From Lingula anatina (Eukaryota > Animalia > Brachiopoda): 64,000 nucleotides of DNA. The notes under the pieces were generated by a model. That model had not been told where the DNA came from. It made no database searches and saw nothing but the letters and a program-made list of their open reading frames with translations. Positions 53,201 through 64,000 of the stretch are shown piece by piece. Where the stretch lies: NCBI GenBank assembly GCA_051362555.1, contig CM120644.1, positions 9,742,954 to 9,806,953 of the forward strand, written 5' to 3'. The number at the start of each line of letters is the position of its first letter. Position 1 is the stretch's first letter. The translations under genes and the position numbers were made by a program.

Positions 53201-56200
53201 CGGCTGTCCTCCTGCCAACTTGACATGTCCCAATGCCAGCCATTTGGTGTTCTCCTTGCATGGGTGGGGGACGTTCTGGCCGTTAGGAAGCGTATTACCA
53301 TAGTAGGGGTAGGCACTAGAAATGGTTATAATCGTTGCGAAAGTCGCCGCAAAGCATCCCATGCGTATCGCCATGTTTCGGTAACGGGACTGGGTTTTGT
53401 TCTTGGTTCTTGTTGAGTCGTTGAAGTGCTAGTAAATATTACAGGTAGATTCGACAGACGCTGTCCCGCCTAGACCGACTTCCTGGACTCTTTGAAATAC
53501 TTAATTCCTGAAATAAGGCAATTTTTTACAAATTAAATAACTCTGATGGCACAAAACCAAAGCTAATCTCCAATTCTTGTAAACTGATGTCCCGTGTGCG
53601 CTTGTAGCTGTTTCCCGTGCTACCGTCTTTTAATCTTAACGAAAGGGCACACCTTCTTTTAACCCTGTCGCTATCACGTGGGTTAACACACCTTTCCTGA
53701 CAAGGATTTATTTTAAGTCCTAACGTCAGGGCAGGGGAGTATTAAGACAGAGGACAAACATAGTGGAAAAACATATCCTGGTGTTTGCCCCTCCACAAGC
53801 AGAACTAAACCTTCAAAAGCCGATCTGGCAGCAAATGCCCTCTTTCCATTGTTTTATTTATTTTATTTTTCAATTTATTTATTTGTTTGCTAGGTTGGTT
53901 ATTTATTTATTTACTTTATTGTTAAACATTTGTTACTTATTAGTTATGTTTTATATTGTGTCCTGTGTAGTACGTGAAACAACGTGGATTAAATTTGAGA
54001 GCTGATAACCTTTACAACGGTCACTCAGCTACTCTTCTAATACAAGCATTGTGAAATATTTGGTTTGTCTTCGTAAAATCGTTACCCGGCCTCAAATAAG
54101 TGTGAAAATTCAGGTTCTCTGCTACTGTTGTAATACAAGCATTGTAAAATCTTTCGTTTGTCTTCATAAAATCGGTACCCATACCTCAAATAAGTGTGGA
54201 AAATTCAGGTCATAACTTGGTGGAAGCTTTGGTATTTCCTTGGATGTTGCAACATATTTGACGTCATTCGTTGTGCGCATTGAAAGAAATTGCGTTAAAC
54301 CGAATTGTCCCTGCAAATATCTCTCTAAAACCCTTAGTACCCATCGGCTTCTTATGCGTTTAACTTTTAGTAAGCCCCCTTTTTTCGCCCTAATAGATGT
54401 ACATTTAAGCGCGTCTAAATACCTCAATATCTTTTAAATATGTTAAAGGAATAAGAAACGCATTACTTACCTACCAGTTCGATATTTGGGTCACCACTCT
54501 AGAGTGACGCGCCGTCAAGTGCTACGGCGTTTCCACATGTCAGTGATAATGAAGGGGTCATGGCCGCATTAAGGGAACAGTGCCTAAAATAAAGTTGACG
54601 CACTGAGCACATGGAGAATGTAATGGTTGATATTTTATTAAGTGTTTCTGAAGCATGTGATGACAAGATTTGATGATTGCGCCTTTAAGCCCAAGTTCTA
54701 TGTATTTTTAGGGAAGTTTGGGCACTCACACACAAACACGTTCCCAATTCTATAACCTGCTGAGGTTATTGGTTTGGTATTTAAATTATTTAAAAAGACT
54801 ACACACTTCCCATTTGAAGACAGTAAGAAAGAATAATTAATAATTATGCAATTTATTTACTTTTCCAGATAAAAGAATTAGAAGATATTCTTGGTGGCAG
54901 CCAGCCAACTCAGGTCATATGGTCGTCTTCTAGTAACGCGTGCAAGGACACCTTCAGTTTTGATGACATTCAGCACCGAAGAGGGTAAGAATGAATCTCA
55001 TATTATATATTTGTAAATTATGTAACATATGTAAATTGTTAAGTATGGCCACCGATTTCTTAATCTCAAACGCGTCAAAATGCCTTTTACTACTTTTTTT
55101 TTAATTGTCGGAGTATTATGGGATATGCCCAGGAGTAGATTTTGCACTTTAAAGATATAATAGGGTAAATATAGATACAGCGGAACATGAACCCTTTGTA
55201 TTTATGTAATTTAGTACGAACAGTTTGAGATTATGAATCCACCATGAAAATTCAGTACTTCTAAGGGACCATTCCCACGTATTTGGATCAATCTATCTCC
55301 CTGGGGAGTCTCACTAAATTGCTATCAACTTAACGGCTTAAATGTCTGTCACGCCTAGTAAAGTTGTCAGGGGGTAATTATCTTCAGCCCCTAGCTGATT
55401 TGGTAGGCGTGACAGACAATTAAGCTGGTTAAGTTGATACCAATTTAGTGAGACTCCCCAGGGAGTTAGACCGATCCAGATGGATCGATCTAGCCATGGG
55501 TACCCATTCTTAAAATGCCTTTCTTTTTCCAGGACGTCTGCGTATAGCTCGTCTAAGTATGCCACGGACATGCTAAGTCTAGCACTCAACAAAACACTTA
55601 ACAAAAAGGTACGCATATTGTAATAAGTCATATTTCTAGTGAAAGTCCATTTTGTGTTTTGAGGAGCATAATTTTCCTTCTGTTAGGACTGAAAACTCGA
55701 TTCAATTGTTGAAAAGAGGGGGCAATTTTTATATATCAATTAATTTTTATTTTGACATTTAACTTTTTTTGTTTTCAGAATATTTATTCCCACGTCACCA
55801 ACCCAGGTATAGTAATGTCTAACATGACACACGGTATCATGCCGTCCTGGTTCTGGACCTTAGCAATGCCAATACTCTTCTTGGTAAGATTCATGCCTCT
55901 AGCTCGCTCTCTTTTTCCCTCTCTCTCTCTCTTTTATTTTTACTTGTTATTTTCTTCTTTTTTTTTTTTTTTTGTGATAAAAATACTGATTTAAGAGAAT
56001 TTATGGACACATCATAAGAGCAGTGTCCGTTATCACTTTAGTAAAAAAAACTGGAAGAAATATAAGTGTATAAACCTATTTGATTAATACTGTTTTCGCG
56101 ACTTAATGTGTGCTGCTTTGCAATTCTTTTGTTTACAAGTATACACTGTTCATAAACCCGCTTGCTGTAAACATATGCAAAATTGGATTTGTTAACAATG

Positions 56201-58589
56201 AAAAGTTCCGCGTGCTTTTCTGTGTTATTATGGCGCAATGAGAATGGCTTTTTATGTACAGACACAGATGTGTCTGTACATATAGCCATCATCTGCGTCT
56301 GTCGTCGCCGTCGTCGCCGTCGGCGCCGTCGTCGCCGTCGTCGCCGTGCACTTTTACCGATAACACGATAAGTGGAAAACCATTTTACCTTTTGACTTGA
56401 AACTTGCAGAACTGATGAATATTCATAATACGCAGGTCAAGTTCGAAAATCAGCATGATCGGGTCACTTTTAGGGAATTTATGCTGTTTTTTCACTTTTT
56501 TCAGCATATATGCAGCACCGATAACACGATAAGTGGAAAACCATTTTACCTTTTGACTTGAAACTTACAGAACTGATGAATATTCATAATACGCAGGTCA
56601 AGTTCGAAAATCAGCATGATTGGGCCATTTTTAGGGAATTTATGCTGTTTTTTCACTATTTTCAATATAAATACAACACTGATAACACAATATAAGAAAA
56701 ACGGATTGGCCAATTGTAATCATACTCACAGGAGTGGTCAATCTTACTAAAACGCAGGTTGAGTTCGAAAATCAGCATAATCAGGCCATTATTTTAGAAG
56801 TTATACTGTTTTTCACATTTCCTCAGATTCAATTATTAGGCATGTTAACAGTCTCATTATTTAACTAATAAGATGCCTAAAAGTGTTTGTTTGATATTTC
56901 CTGCATCTTTACAACATTGTTAGTTGATTATGTAAAAAACATGGTAAACTTGTTATCATGTATTGTGTAATAAAGTGTCAAAAATGGAAATAAACTCATA
57001 TCATTGCAGTTTGTCAGATTCAATCATCCACTATCATCAGAATCTCAGAATGGAGGAAATTGGACATTTAACACTGTTCTATTGATACTTTTCCCATCTC
57101 ATCAATTTTCTTAGTTGGTCATATAAAATGGCAGTAAAATGTTTATTTTGTTTTATGTTAAAAAAGTGTTAAAAATGGAAATAAACCCATTTCAGAACAG
57201 TGCTGTCTTGTTTACATTTTGGCATTTTCAAGGCGTGACTTTGAAGTTCCATGGGCCTGAAGACCTTTGCTAGTCACATTTTCTGAATATCTGTGAAACA
57301 AATATTTTATAATTAAAAATTGATGGTCATTAAGCTGTTAAACATTATGTAATATTGCATCAAAATTTGAAGAAACCCCTATTTTGGGCACTGCTTCCAT
57401 GATGACCATTTAAGGAAAATCATGTCACTTACTGTTCTCAAACTTACAGGAAAGAAACATGGGACTAAAATACAGCTTCAGTAGGCAATGCAGTCTGTTT
57501 GGTATTTTTATTTATTTATTTATTTATTTTGGCAGTTAAACAGTTTTTTGTGAAAATTTAATTTTTCACATATTGGCATTTTCAAGGTGTGACTTTAAAG
57601 TTCCATGATCTTGAAGACTTTTGCTTGTCACATTTTCTGAATGTCCATGTTACTAATATTTTATAAATAACATTTGATTGTCATTATGCTGTTAAACATT
57701 ATGTAATGTTGCATCAAAATTTGAAGAAACCCCTATTTTGGGCACTGCTCCTATGATGACCATTTAAGGGAAATCATGTCACTTACTGTTCTCAAACTTA
57801 CAGGAAAGAAACATGGGTCTAACATACAGCTTCAATAGGCAACGCAGTCTGTTTGGTAAATTTTTCTGGCAATTTAACAGTTTTTTGTGAAAATTTAATT
57901 TTTCACTTATTTGCATCTTTATTTTCTGTTCTTTGTCTGTACATTTGACAGCTTTGCTGCCTTGTTATATTATTTCTCCATATATTTGTCAACCCTGCTG
58001 TTAAATTTTAGTGTTGTATGGCGTACATTATTTCCTTTCAGCTCCGATTCTTTATATGTAGTGCTACCATAGATACATACAGCGGATCCGAGTCGTTGGT
58101 GAGTATTGGCGATGTCACGGTGTGGGGGCGGGGCGTCCTGCGTGGTCGGATTAGCTGAAGACAAATAGCGCAGAATTCATTTTCTCCTTTTACGTCTTCT
58201 CTTAAATCCAAAATATGGGATCTTCGAGGTTCTGACTTGGCACATCGCCGATTTATTTTTACCGTTAAGTAAATTTTCTGATTGCTTTAGGTGTGGGTTT
58301 CCCAACAAGACCCGAAGTCTTTGGACTCTACGTTCAAATACCATAGCTCTGTAACAGGATTTGGCAAATTGTACACAACACCCAAAAAGGTAAGGAATCG
58401 GTTCTTGATTGTTTTTATTTACACATTCATATCTGACAGAAGAAAATTTCACACATTGATTCATTTGTTGATATTTTTTCTCTTTTTTTTCCTCAGCTTA
58501 CCGACCTAGATGAAGAGTCATCTTTACGTCTCTTAGAACAGTTAGAACAACTGAATGAAACTGTTCAAAGAAAGCTGAAATCACAGTGA
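43200..58589 (+). CDS. HSD17B7: 3-keto-steroid reductase / 17-beta-hydroxysteroid dehydrogenase 7 (ERG27 ortholog)
   Basis: Exons 43200-43237, 43950-44153, 44752-44844, 45415-45529, 54869-54984, 55533-55608, 55779-55883, 58042-58098, 58291-58389, 58497-58589. Motifs MSGKVALITGASSGIGLALA, LCLACRN, RLDYLFLNAG, VFATNIFGHFVM, WSSS, YSSSKYATD, KYHSSVTGFG. Confidence 0.95.
45654..47151 (+). mobile_element. HINE-like element, family C copy 1, with 161-bp tandem repeats
   Basis: 5' tttttatgtacagacacagatgtgtctgtaca hairpin, then (gtcgcc)n, 161-bp units at 45734/45895/46056, and 3' tgtctgtacatttgacagctttgctgccttgtt stem-loop. Confidence 0.85.
47420..53374 (-). CDS. Temptin-domain copper type II ascorbate-dependent monooxygenase (DBH/MOXD1-like), nested in HSD17B7 intron 4
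   Basis: Exons 53374-53183, 52418-52259, 51765-51587, 51336-51226, 50909-50732, 50121-49918, 49497-49372, 49059-48968, 48668-48572, 48258-48101, 47608-47420. Signal peptide; temptin motifs LPNGQNVPHPC..W..LGH...GG..N.FGLDF and LCRKDSDQDGKTNGEELGDPNC.W; Cu ligands LHHM, EIHWNN, HMH, DEMC; hydrophobic C-terminus. Confidence 0.9.
47828..48082. repeat. Degenerate minisatellite of GTGTTAGGTGTG-like units
   Basis: Repeated tgtgttag(g/a)tgtga motifs. Confidence 0.7.
49021..49224. repeat. ~101-bp tandem duplication of a splice acceptor and exon start
   Basis: gctttgaggtaaatgtac.atatgtgcggaactcatcacctgcagaaaa...ttcactg occurs twice. Confidence 0.85.
54029..54210. repeat. ~93-bp imperfect tandem duplication
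   Basis: ctact..t.taatacaagcattgt.aaat...tttgtcttc.taaaatcg.taccc..cctcaaataagtgtg.aaattcaggt occurs twice. Confidence 0.7.
55262..55500. mobile_element. Palindromic MITE (family B)
   Basis: ctccctggggagtctcactaaattg.tatcaacttaac..cttaa.tgtctgtcacgccta with its reverse complement downstream. Confidence 0.85.
56249..57966 (+). mobile_element. HINE-like element, family C copy 2
   Basis: Near-identical to 45654-47151, with a longer (gtcgcc)n, one fewer 161-bp unit and an extra ~360-bp internal duplication. Confidence 0.85.
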
Positions 58590-60385
58590 TTGTTGCCGCC
58601 AGCGTTCTTCAGGGTTGCAAATGTCACTGTTCAAGTTTTACTTTATTGTCCAACGCACAGTAACCTTTTGACTGCGGGTTTTGGGGATAAAGAGATGACA
58701 TGCAAATGACTAGGTGAATACATGAACAGAATGACAGAAATGAAGTGTGAAAAAAAAACGTGGAAATCGAATAGACATATGGATAAAGTTTGTGCTAGCA
58801 CTAAGGCTGTCCGCCTATTGTACAGCAATGGAGTACATCGTTAAATGCGAAGCGGAGACTCTGTAAAAATTGGGGCAAGGCAGCAATGTCGCAGCACGAG
58901 GGACAGGATTCTAGGAATGAAAAAAATATTAAAGAGTCATTGTAATTTCTTTCAGGAACATTCCGGGCCTTCAAAGGCATTATGGTGAATGAAAAGACAA
59001 TAAATGTATGTATGAATTTAAGTCGTTTATGCATAAAATATCCATTCATTTATTCATTGTAAAAATTGTAAAACTTGCTAATGCTTCATAACAACTCTTC
59101 GTATGATTTTCATATTTCTCAATTAATTCATTGTAACAACTCATCAAAAAAATATTTAACACAAAAATGGCAGTTATCGCAATTGTTCTGGAATCTGCAC
59201 TTGTTATCGGATCATGTGACCTCTATAGATGGCCATCATCTGTAATAATCCGTTATGAGATTTAAACGAAAAACCAAACTTATAAAAAATACCGGGAATA
59301 ACTTAGAATGTCCAAACGAAATCCATAACTATTGGGAAGTATGGGAAAAAGGTTGTTCGTCCCAGGAAAATCTATTTTTTGGCCAAAATTAACAGTTGTT
59401 TTCCCTAATTATGATTCACCGTTCTTGAAAAAGTTTAATTAAAATTTCCTATGGGGAAAATTTAGAATTTGCATTTAAATTGTTGTTCTTTGTGTAACAT
59501 AACTGTAAAACTCACTAATTTACAAGTGCAATTTTCACTGTTTCGTATGCAAAACTGACAAAATAAAGAAACTGCACAGCACAAGAACCCAACAATATCG
59601 ATCGGCGTGGGTTTTATCCGACTGTGCTCAAACCATTAATGATCTATGGGGAATAAATAACAAACCTATTTAGCATCGAATGATATTTAATGGATGACAT
59701 TAAATGTTTTTCTCTTTGATCTAGTATTTTTTTTTTCCAAAAGAAAAAAAGAGTGCAGCTATTATACAATAAAAGAACGCATGATTTATTACGTCATTTT
59801 TTTGTTTAGGTTTGCCCCACCTCAGTTCTTTTATGTGTAGAATTATTTTCACGAAAACAAAATTGCTTGGAAACATATTGTTTGTTAAGTTACATAAAGG
59901 ATTGGCTGAATTCATTAATACCCTTCAATCTTTTTTCAACAGAAATTGTTTAACTTTCACCCTCTCACGGTTAAAGACCTTCTAAAGCTTCAAAACCTGT
60001 TAACTTATCTCACGGTATTGTATGGATGGTTCCCAGTGATAATGGTATTATTGCTGACAATCTAACGCTTTGATTTGATTAAATGCATGTTTATTAAATT
60101 AATAAACGAAAAACATCCAACAAAAGTAAACTTTAATCGCTTCTTGATTTTTTTATTCAAGAAGGCCCTGCACCTTCATTGTAGCTCAATTTTATTGTCC
60201 GTCTCTATAACAGTCACGTATAACAAGTTTATGCCATGATTAAGAACCGTTTGCGTATATCAGGGAACTGAATAATAGGCAACTGGAAGTCAAATGACCA
60301 CAGACGAGACAGCAGATGCTAAACGTTTGGTTCTCGTCTGGAGGGCCACGTCTGATTCTCGTGTGATCTTCAGGGTCCAGTTTTG

Positions 60386-62273
60386 TCACTCGTCTCCCTC
60401 CTCATCGTCAGCATCTTCAACATCATCGTTTGCCAGTTGCTCCACCAAGCGGGCCAGCACATATGCCTGAATAAGATGCAGAATATTAGTTCTTATCTCT
60501 CTACCTCTGCAGAAATTAAATAAAAACGGGACGACGGAAAATCGTTTAAAAATAACTTGAGAAAAGCTTTGTTATTGAATGGAAATTTCACGTTATTCAA
60601 CATCCTCTTTCACGTCATGGACTCAACTTAATGGCTTATCAAGCGTCTCTACGACAGTCTTTGGGTACTCTCTCCAGCCAAAATCTTGCCTCCTCCCTGT
60701 ACCTGCACAAAGTTTTGAGCGTTCTGTGGAAGCATTTACCCTGAACTGCTTCTGACAGATGTAAAGAGATCGTGGTATTTTAATTTTTTGTTTATACTGA
60801 AGACAGTCCGGTGTAACGTGACAGAGTCCCCCTTGATAGAGAGTCCGCTTCCCACTCACTTGTACAGGTAAGCCTCGCCCTCGAGTTTGACCAACTTAGG
60901 TCAGGCTAACCCTAACCATTATAACTAAATAGCCGATTTTCTGTTTACACTGACCCTTAGTTTCGTTACACCGGCACAAAACCTTTTTGGATTCCTTAAA
61001 GATATTGCTGGTATCGAGAAAATAGTTTTAAAATATGATAAAGTCATGTAAACGGGTCTTAGGGTTCAGAATGATACTGACAAAATGGAACTTACTTCCT
61101 CACTGGACTGATCAGCCTCATTTATCAGACTGTTTTCACCTGGAGCTGCTGATGGATCTCTAACCGCTGCACTACGACGACGACGCCGACGACGCCAAGC
61201 TGTTATAAAATGATAAAGAGAAAATGTTAAATGTAAGGAAAATTTAAGTAAAGATGCACGTATAGTTTTTTCCGTGTCCGTGTGTGTATGTGTGTGTGTG
61301 TGTGTGGGGGGGGGGGGGGAGAGAGAGAGAGAGAGAGAGAGGTGTTAAAGGGGTCATGAATATAGGAAGAACACTTAAGATATGAGATGCAAAAGAATAA
61401 TGTACTATTATTATATGAAGAAAATTGCTCCATATGTCAAGACAACTTACAACTTGCTTTTGAAGTCTGATATAATAATTTGCTAACTCTCAAAACGAGG
61501 GTTTAATGGAGTGACATCATAAAAAAGAAGCTGAATAAAAATTTTAAAAAAGCAATTTACAGTAACCATAAAAAGGCATTTCTTCAAGCGTTTTTTCGGA
61601 ATATCAACACTACGAAGTTTCATATTGCCAGTAGAATGCAAATGGTTGTCCAAATTTAATTTACACCGAATTGGTTATTGGCACTTTAAAAGATTTAAAA
61701 ATACCGTTAGCAAATAAAGCAGTCAACAACCACAAAAAGAATCCGCGTCTGTTACTTTAACTTTCAAACATTATAATTCAAGAACAAGTAATTTGAAGGA
61801 ACCTTTCTATTTAGCATTAAAAGATACACTGGGCTCACCTGCAGTAGGCAGTATAGTGTTTTGATTGTGATAAAACCGCAAACTATTCCCACAGTTGTTC
61901 CTTTTTTAAGCCAAGGTCCCAACCGAACGTACAGGCTGCTACGTGTGGTCTACGGCCAAAAAAATGGGGAAAACGTGGGAGTTCGTGCGTGAAGAGCACG
62001 TCCGTCGTGCGACTTTTGGAGGACGCAAACAGCACGTAGAAACTTTTCACCAATTACTTTATTTCTTTCCATCGATCTAGCTACGTCCTAGCCAGACGCA
62101 AGGAACCTAAAAACCGTGCATCCAAAACGTAGTTGGGACCTAGGCATTAACCGGACACGAAAAATTAAACCTAACAATAAAATGCAGTTGGCCAACTCAC
62201 CGTCCGATTCAGCGAACAAATCTATAACTAGCATAGTCACCAAGAGCAAAGCGACTAAGGTTTTCTTCTCCAT
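60386..62273 (-). CDS. Small secreted precursor: signal peptide, WR7, acidic C-terminal region (85 aa)
   Basis: Exons 62273-62201, 61199-61096 and 60466-60386 with canonical phase-matched junctions give MEKKTLVALLLVTMLVIDLFAESDA-WRRRRRRRSAAVRDPSAAPGENSLINEADQSSEEAYVLARLVEQLANDDVEDADDEEGDE*. TATA box upstream, AATAAA at ~60155. Confidence 0.8.
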
Positions 62274-62343
62274 GTTGCTATAACGTGTCTCTCTCGGCAG
62301 TCGTCTGAACAGGTATGTGAAGTTTCATCGATGCGACGGCTCG

Positions 62344-62351
62344 TTATATAA
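62344..62351 (-). promoter_or_regulatory. TATA box of the secreted peptide gene
   Basis: TTATATAA about 70 bp upstream of the ATG. Confidence 0.6.
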
Positions 62352-64000
62352 GCACAGCAAAACCCCACCCAGCTTATGTAACTTACACTGTACTACGCGT
62401 GACAGAACACACTCTCACCTGATATGAGCAAGAGGCCCACGAGCGTCAGCGAGAGGTGTTCATGGCATATATTGGTGCAGGGTGACAGTGTATTACTTGC
62501 CCATACATACCAAAGAAGATGGGGTCTTATCTACCCGTAAAACACCCCTAAAACCAAATGAGAAATTCCAGATCGAGAGGTGTTTCATAGAATATACTCG
62601 TCTTTGTAGCTGGTCAGCTGTCGCAAAATTCATATTGCCCATGATTTGCTGAGAACTTGTTTTGAAAGGTCAGCGTGCTTGAACAATATTCAGTCCTTTT
62701 ATTTTGTCAGTCTGACTCGGTTGTGCTGCACTCTCACAGTTGGAGCCTGGGACAAATTCGTTAGGTGATTGTTTAAAGCCAAAACAGAAAAGAATAATTT
62801 TAAGAGTATTTCTGATGAAGAAACAGTTTTGAAATTTGATTCTAATTACAGTTTAAAATTAATATTAATAAGGATTTATATTACTCCTTTTTAAATATGT
62901 ATCATATAATGGATGCCTATATAAAATATATATTAAGAATCGTTCACTTAAAATAAACATTGAAATATATACTGAATAAAAATAACCAGTAACGTGTTTG
63001 TAACTCTTTTTAATTTCCTAAGTTCATGAATGCGCACATTTCATCGAAACATATATAAAAGGATGGAATAAAAGTGTTATTATATCTTTTTTTCCGATAT
63101 CAAGATAAAACATAAGCACCTTTCCATTGACATGTGCTTTTGTTAATAGGTAGGTGTTCCAATCTTTGGGTACATGTATGTATTCCCATGAAACATTAAT
63201 ACAGATGTTATAGTGCGTCCAATCCCATGGCGGGCAATACAGTGATGGTGTGTGCTTCATTGTTTGTGAGTTCAGGTAATATTATGCGAAAAGCTATATT
63301 GTGGATGTGTTCTTTAGATTTTTAAATTGTTCCGCGGCAAGTCCAGGTTGTCATAGCCAGCAAGTATACTCCAGTGTAGATCTGAAGAGGGTTTTGCAAA
63401 TTTCTATCAGATTATTTTTCTTCACTCCGACATGTCAGACCATGCACCAGATACACAGTCTTGGTCGCTCTTTGGAAGAAAATATTCTATATGTACACTT
63501 TTTAAGATTAAACTGATATTGACTCCAAGAACTTTCGCATGAGTCACTTTTTCAATAGTGAAATTTTCAGTCTCAATTGTTTTTTTTTTTTCTAAAATAA
63601 TAATCGGTGCTACATTTTTCTTTAGGATTGATCAGCATATTTTTCTTTTTTGTCTATTCATATAGGTACATGTATGAGACTGCTATAGGGAATTTATCTT
63701 CTATAAGAGGGATAGGTTCTTTTGCGTGGCCAAAATAGCAAATAGCTTATCATTTCTGCTCTATAAGCTGCTTATCTAGACATAAGTACAATAAGATTTA
63801 ACACTTGAAGAAAAATACGCCATCTTACCAGAATGCTAAAATGAATAACACACATCCATACCGATAGAATACGGGAAAGCTGGTGATTACACGAGTACGT
63901 TTTGAATAAGAAGAGGCATTAAATTAATTACAAAACTCGTGAACTTGATCTAAGCTTTATTAATCAACAAGAAGAAAAATTATTAAAAGAAGTACAATAA

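Noticed and set aside
55338-55631. 97-aa minus-strand ORF with a signal-peptide-like start
   Set aside because: It is antisense to HSD17B7 exon 6 and runs into a palindromic MITE.
56183-56371. Poly-Arg ORF resembling the secreted WR7 peptide
   Set aside because: It comes from the (gtcgcc)n microsatellite of a mobile element and has no signal peptide or gene structure.
45654-57966. Idea that the two family C elements form a composite transposon that delivered the nested gene
   Set aside because: They also enclose native HSD17B7 exons 5-7, so they are independent insertions.

Overview
AT-rich, intron-rich animal genomic DNA, most likely from a mollusc (inferred from a temptin-domain gene and Helentron-type repeats). 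Six spliced genes were reconstructed by reading GT-AG junctions. (1) A minus-strand type-I membrane protein with a Ser/Thr-rich ectodomain, a Cys-rich juxtamembrane segment, about five tandem ubiquitin-like domains, a non-RD kinase and an IRE1/RNase L-type KEN ribonuclease domain; its 3' end probably runs off the left edge. (2) URB2, with introns packed with nested DNA transposons. (3) Squalene synthase FDFT1 and (4) 3-ketosterol reductase HSD17B7, head-to-head with 508 bp between their start codons. (5) A temptin plus copper type II monooxygenase gene nested antisense in HSD17B7 intron 4. (6) An 85-aa secreted precursor with a signal peptide, WRRRRRRR and an acidic tail. The strongest novelty candidates are the membrane UBL-kinase-RNase, the sterol gene pair with a putative bidirectional promoter, and the poly-Arg peptide. 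Exon coordinates were derived by eye and may be off by a few bases; no database searches were run.
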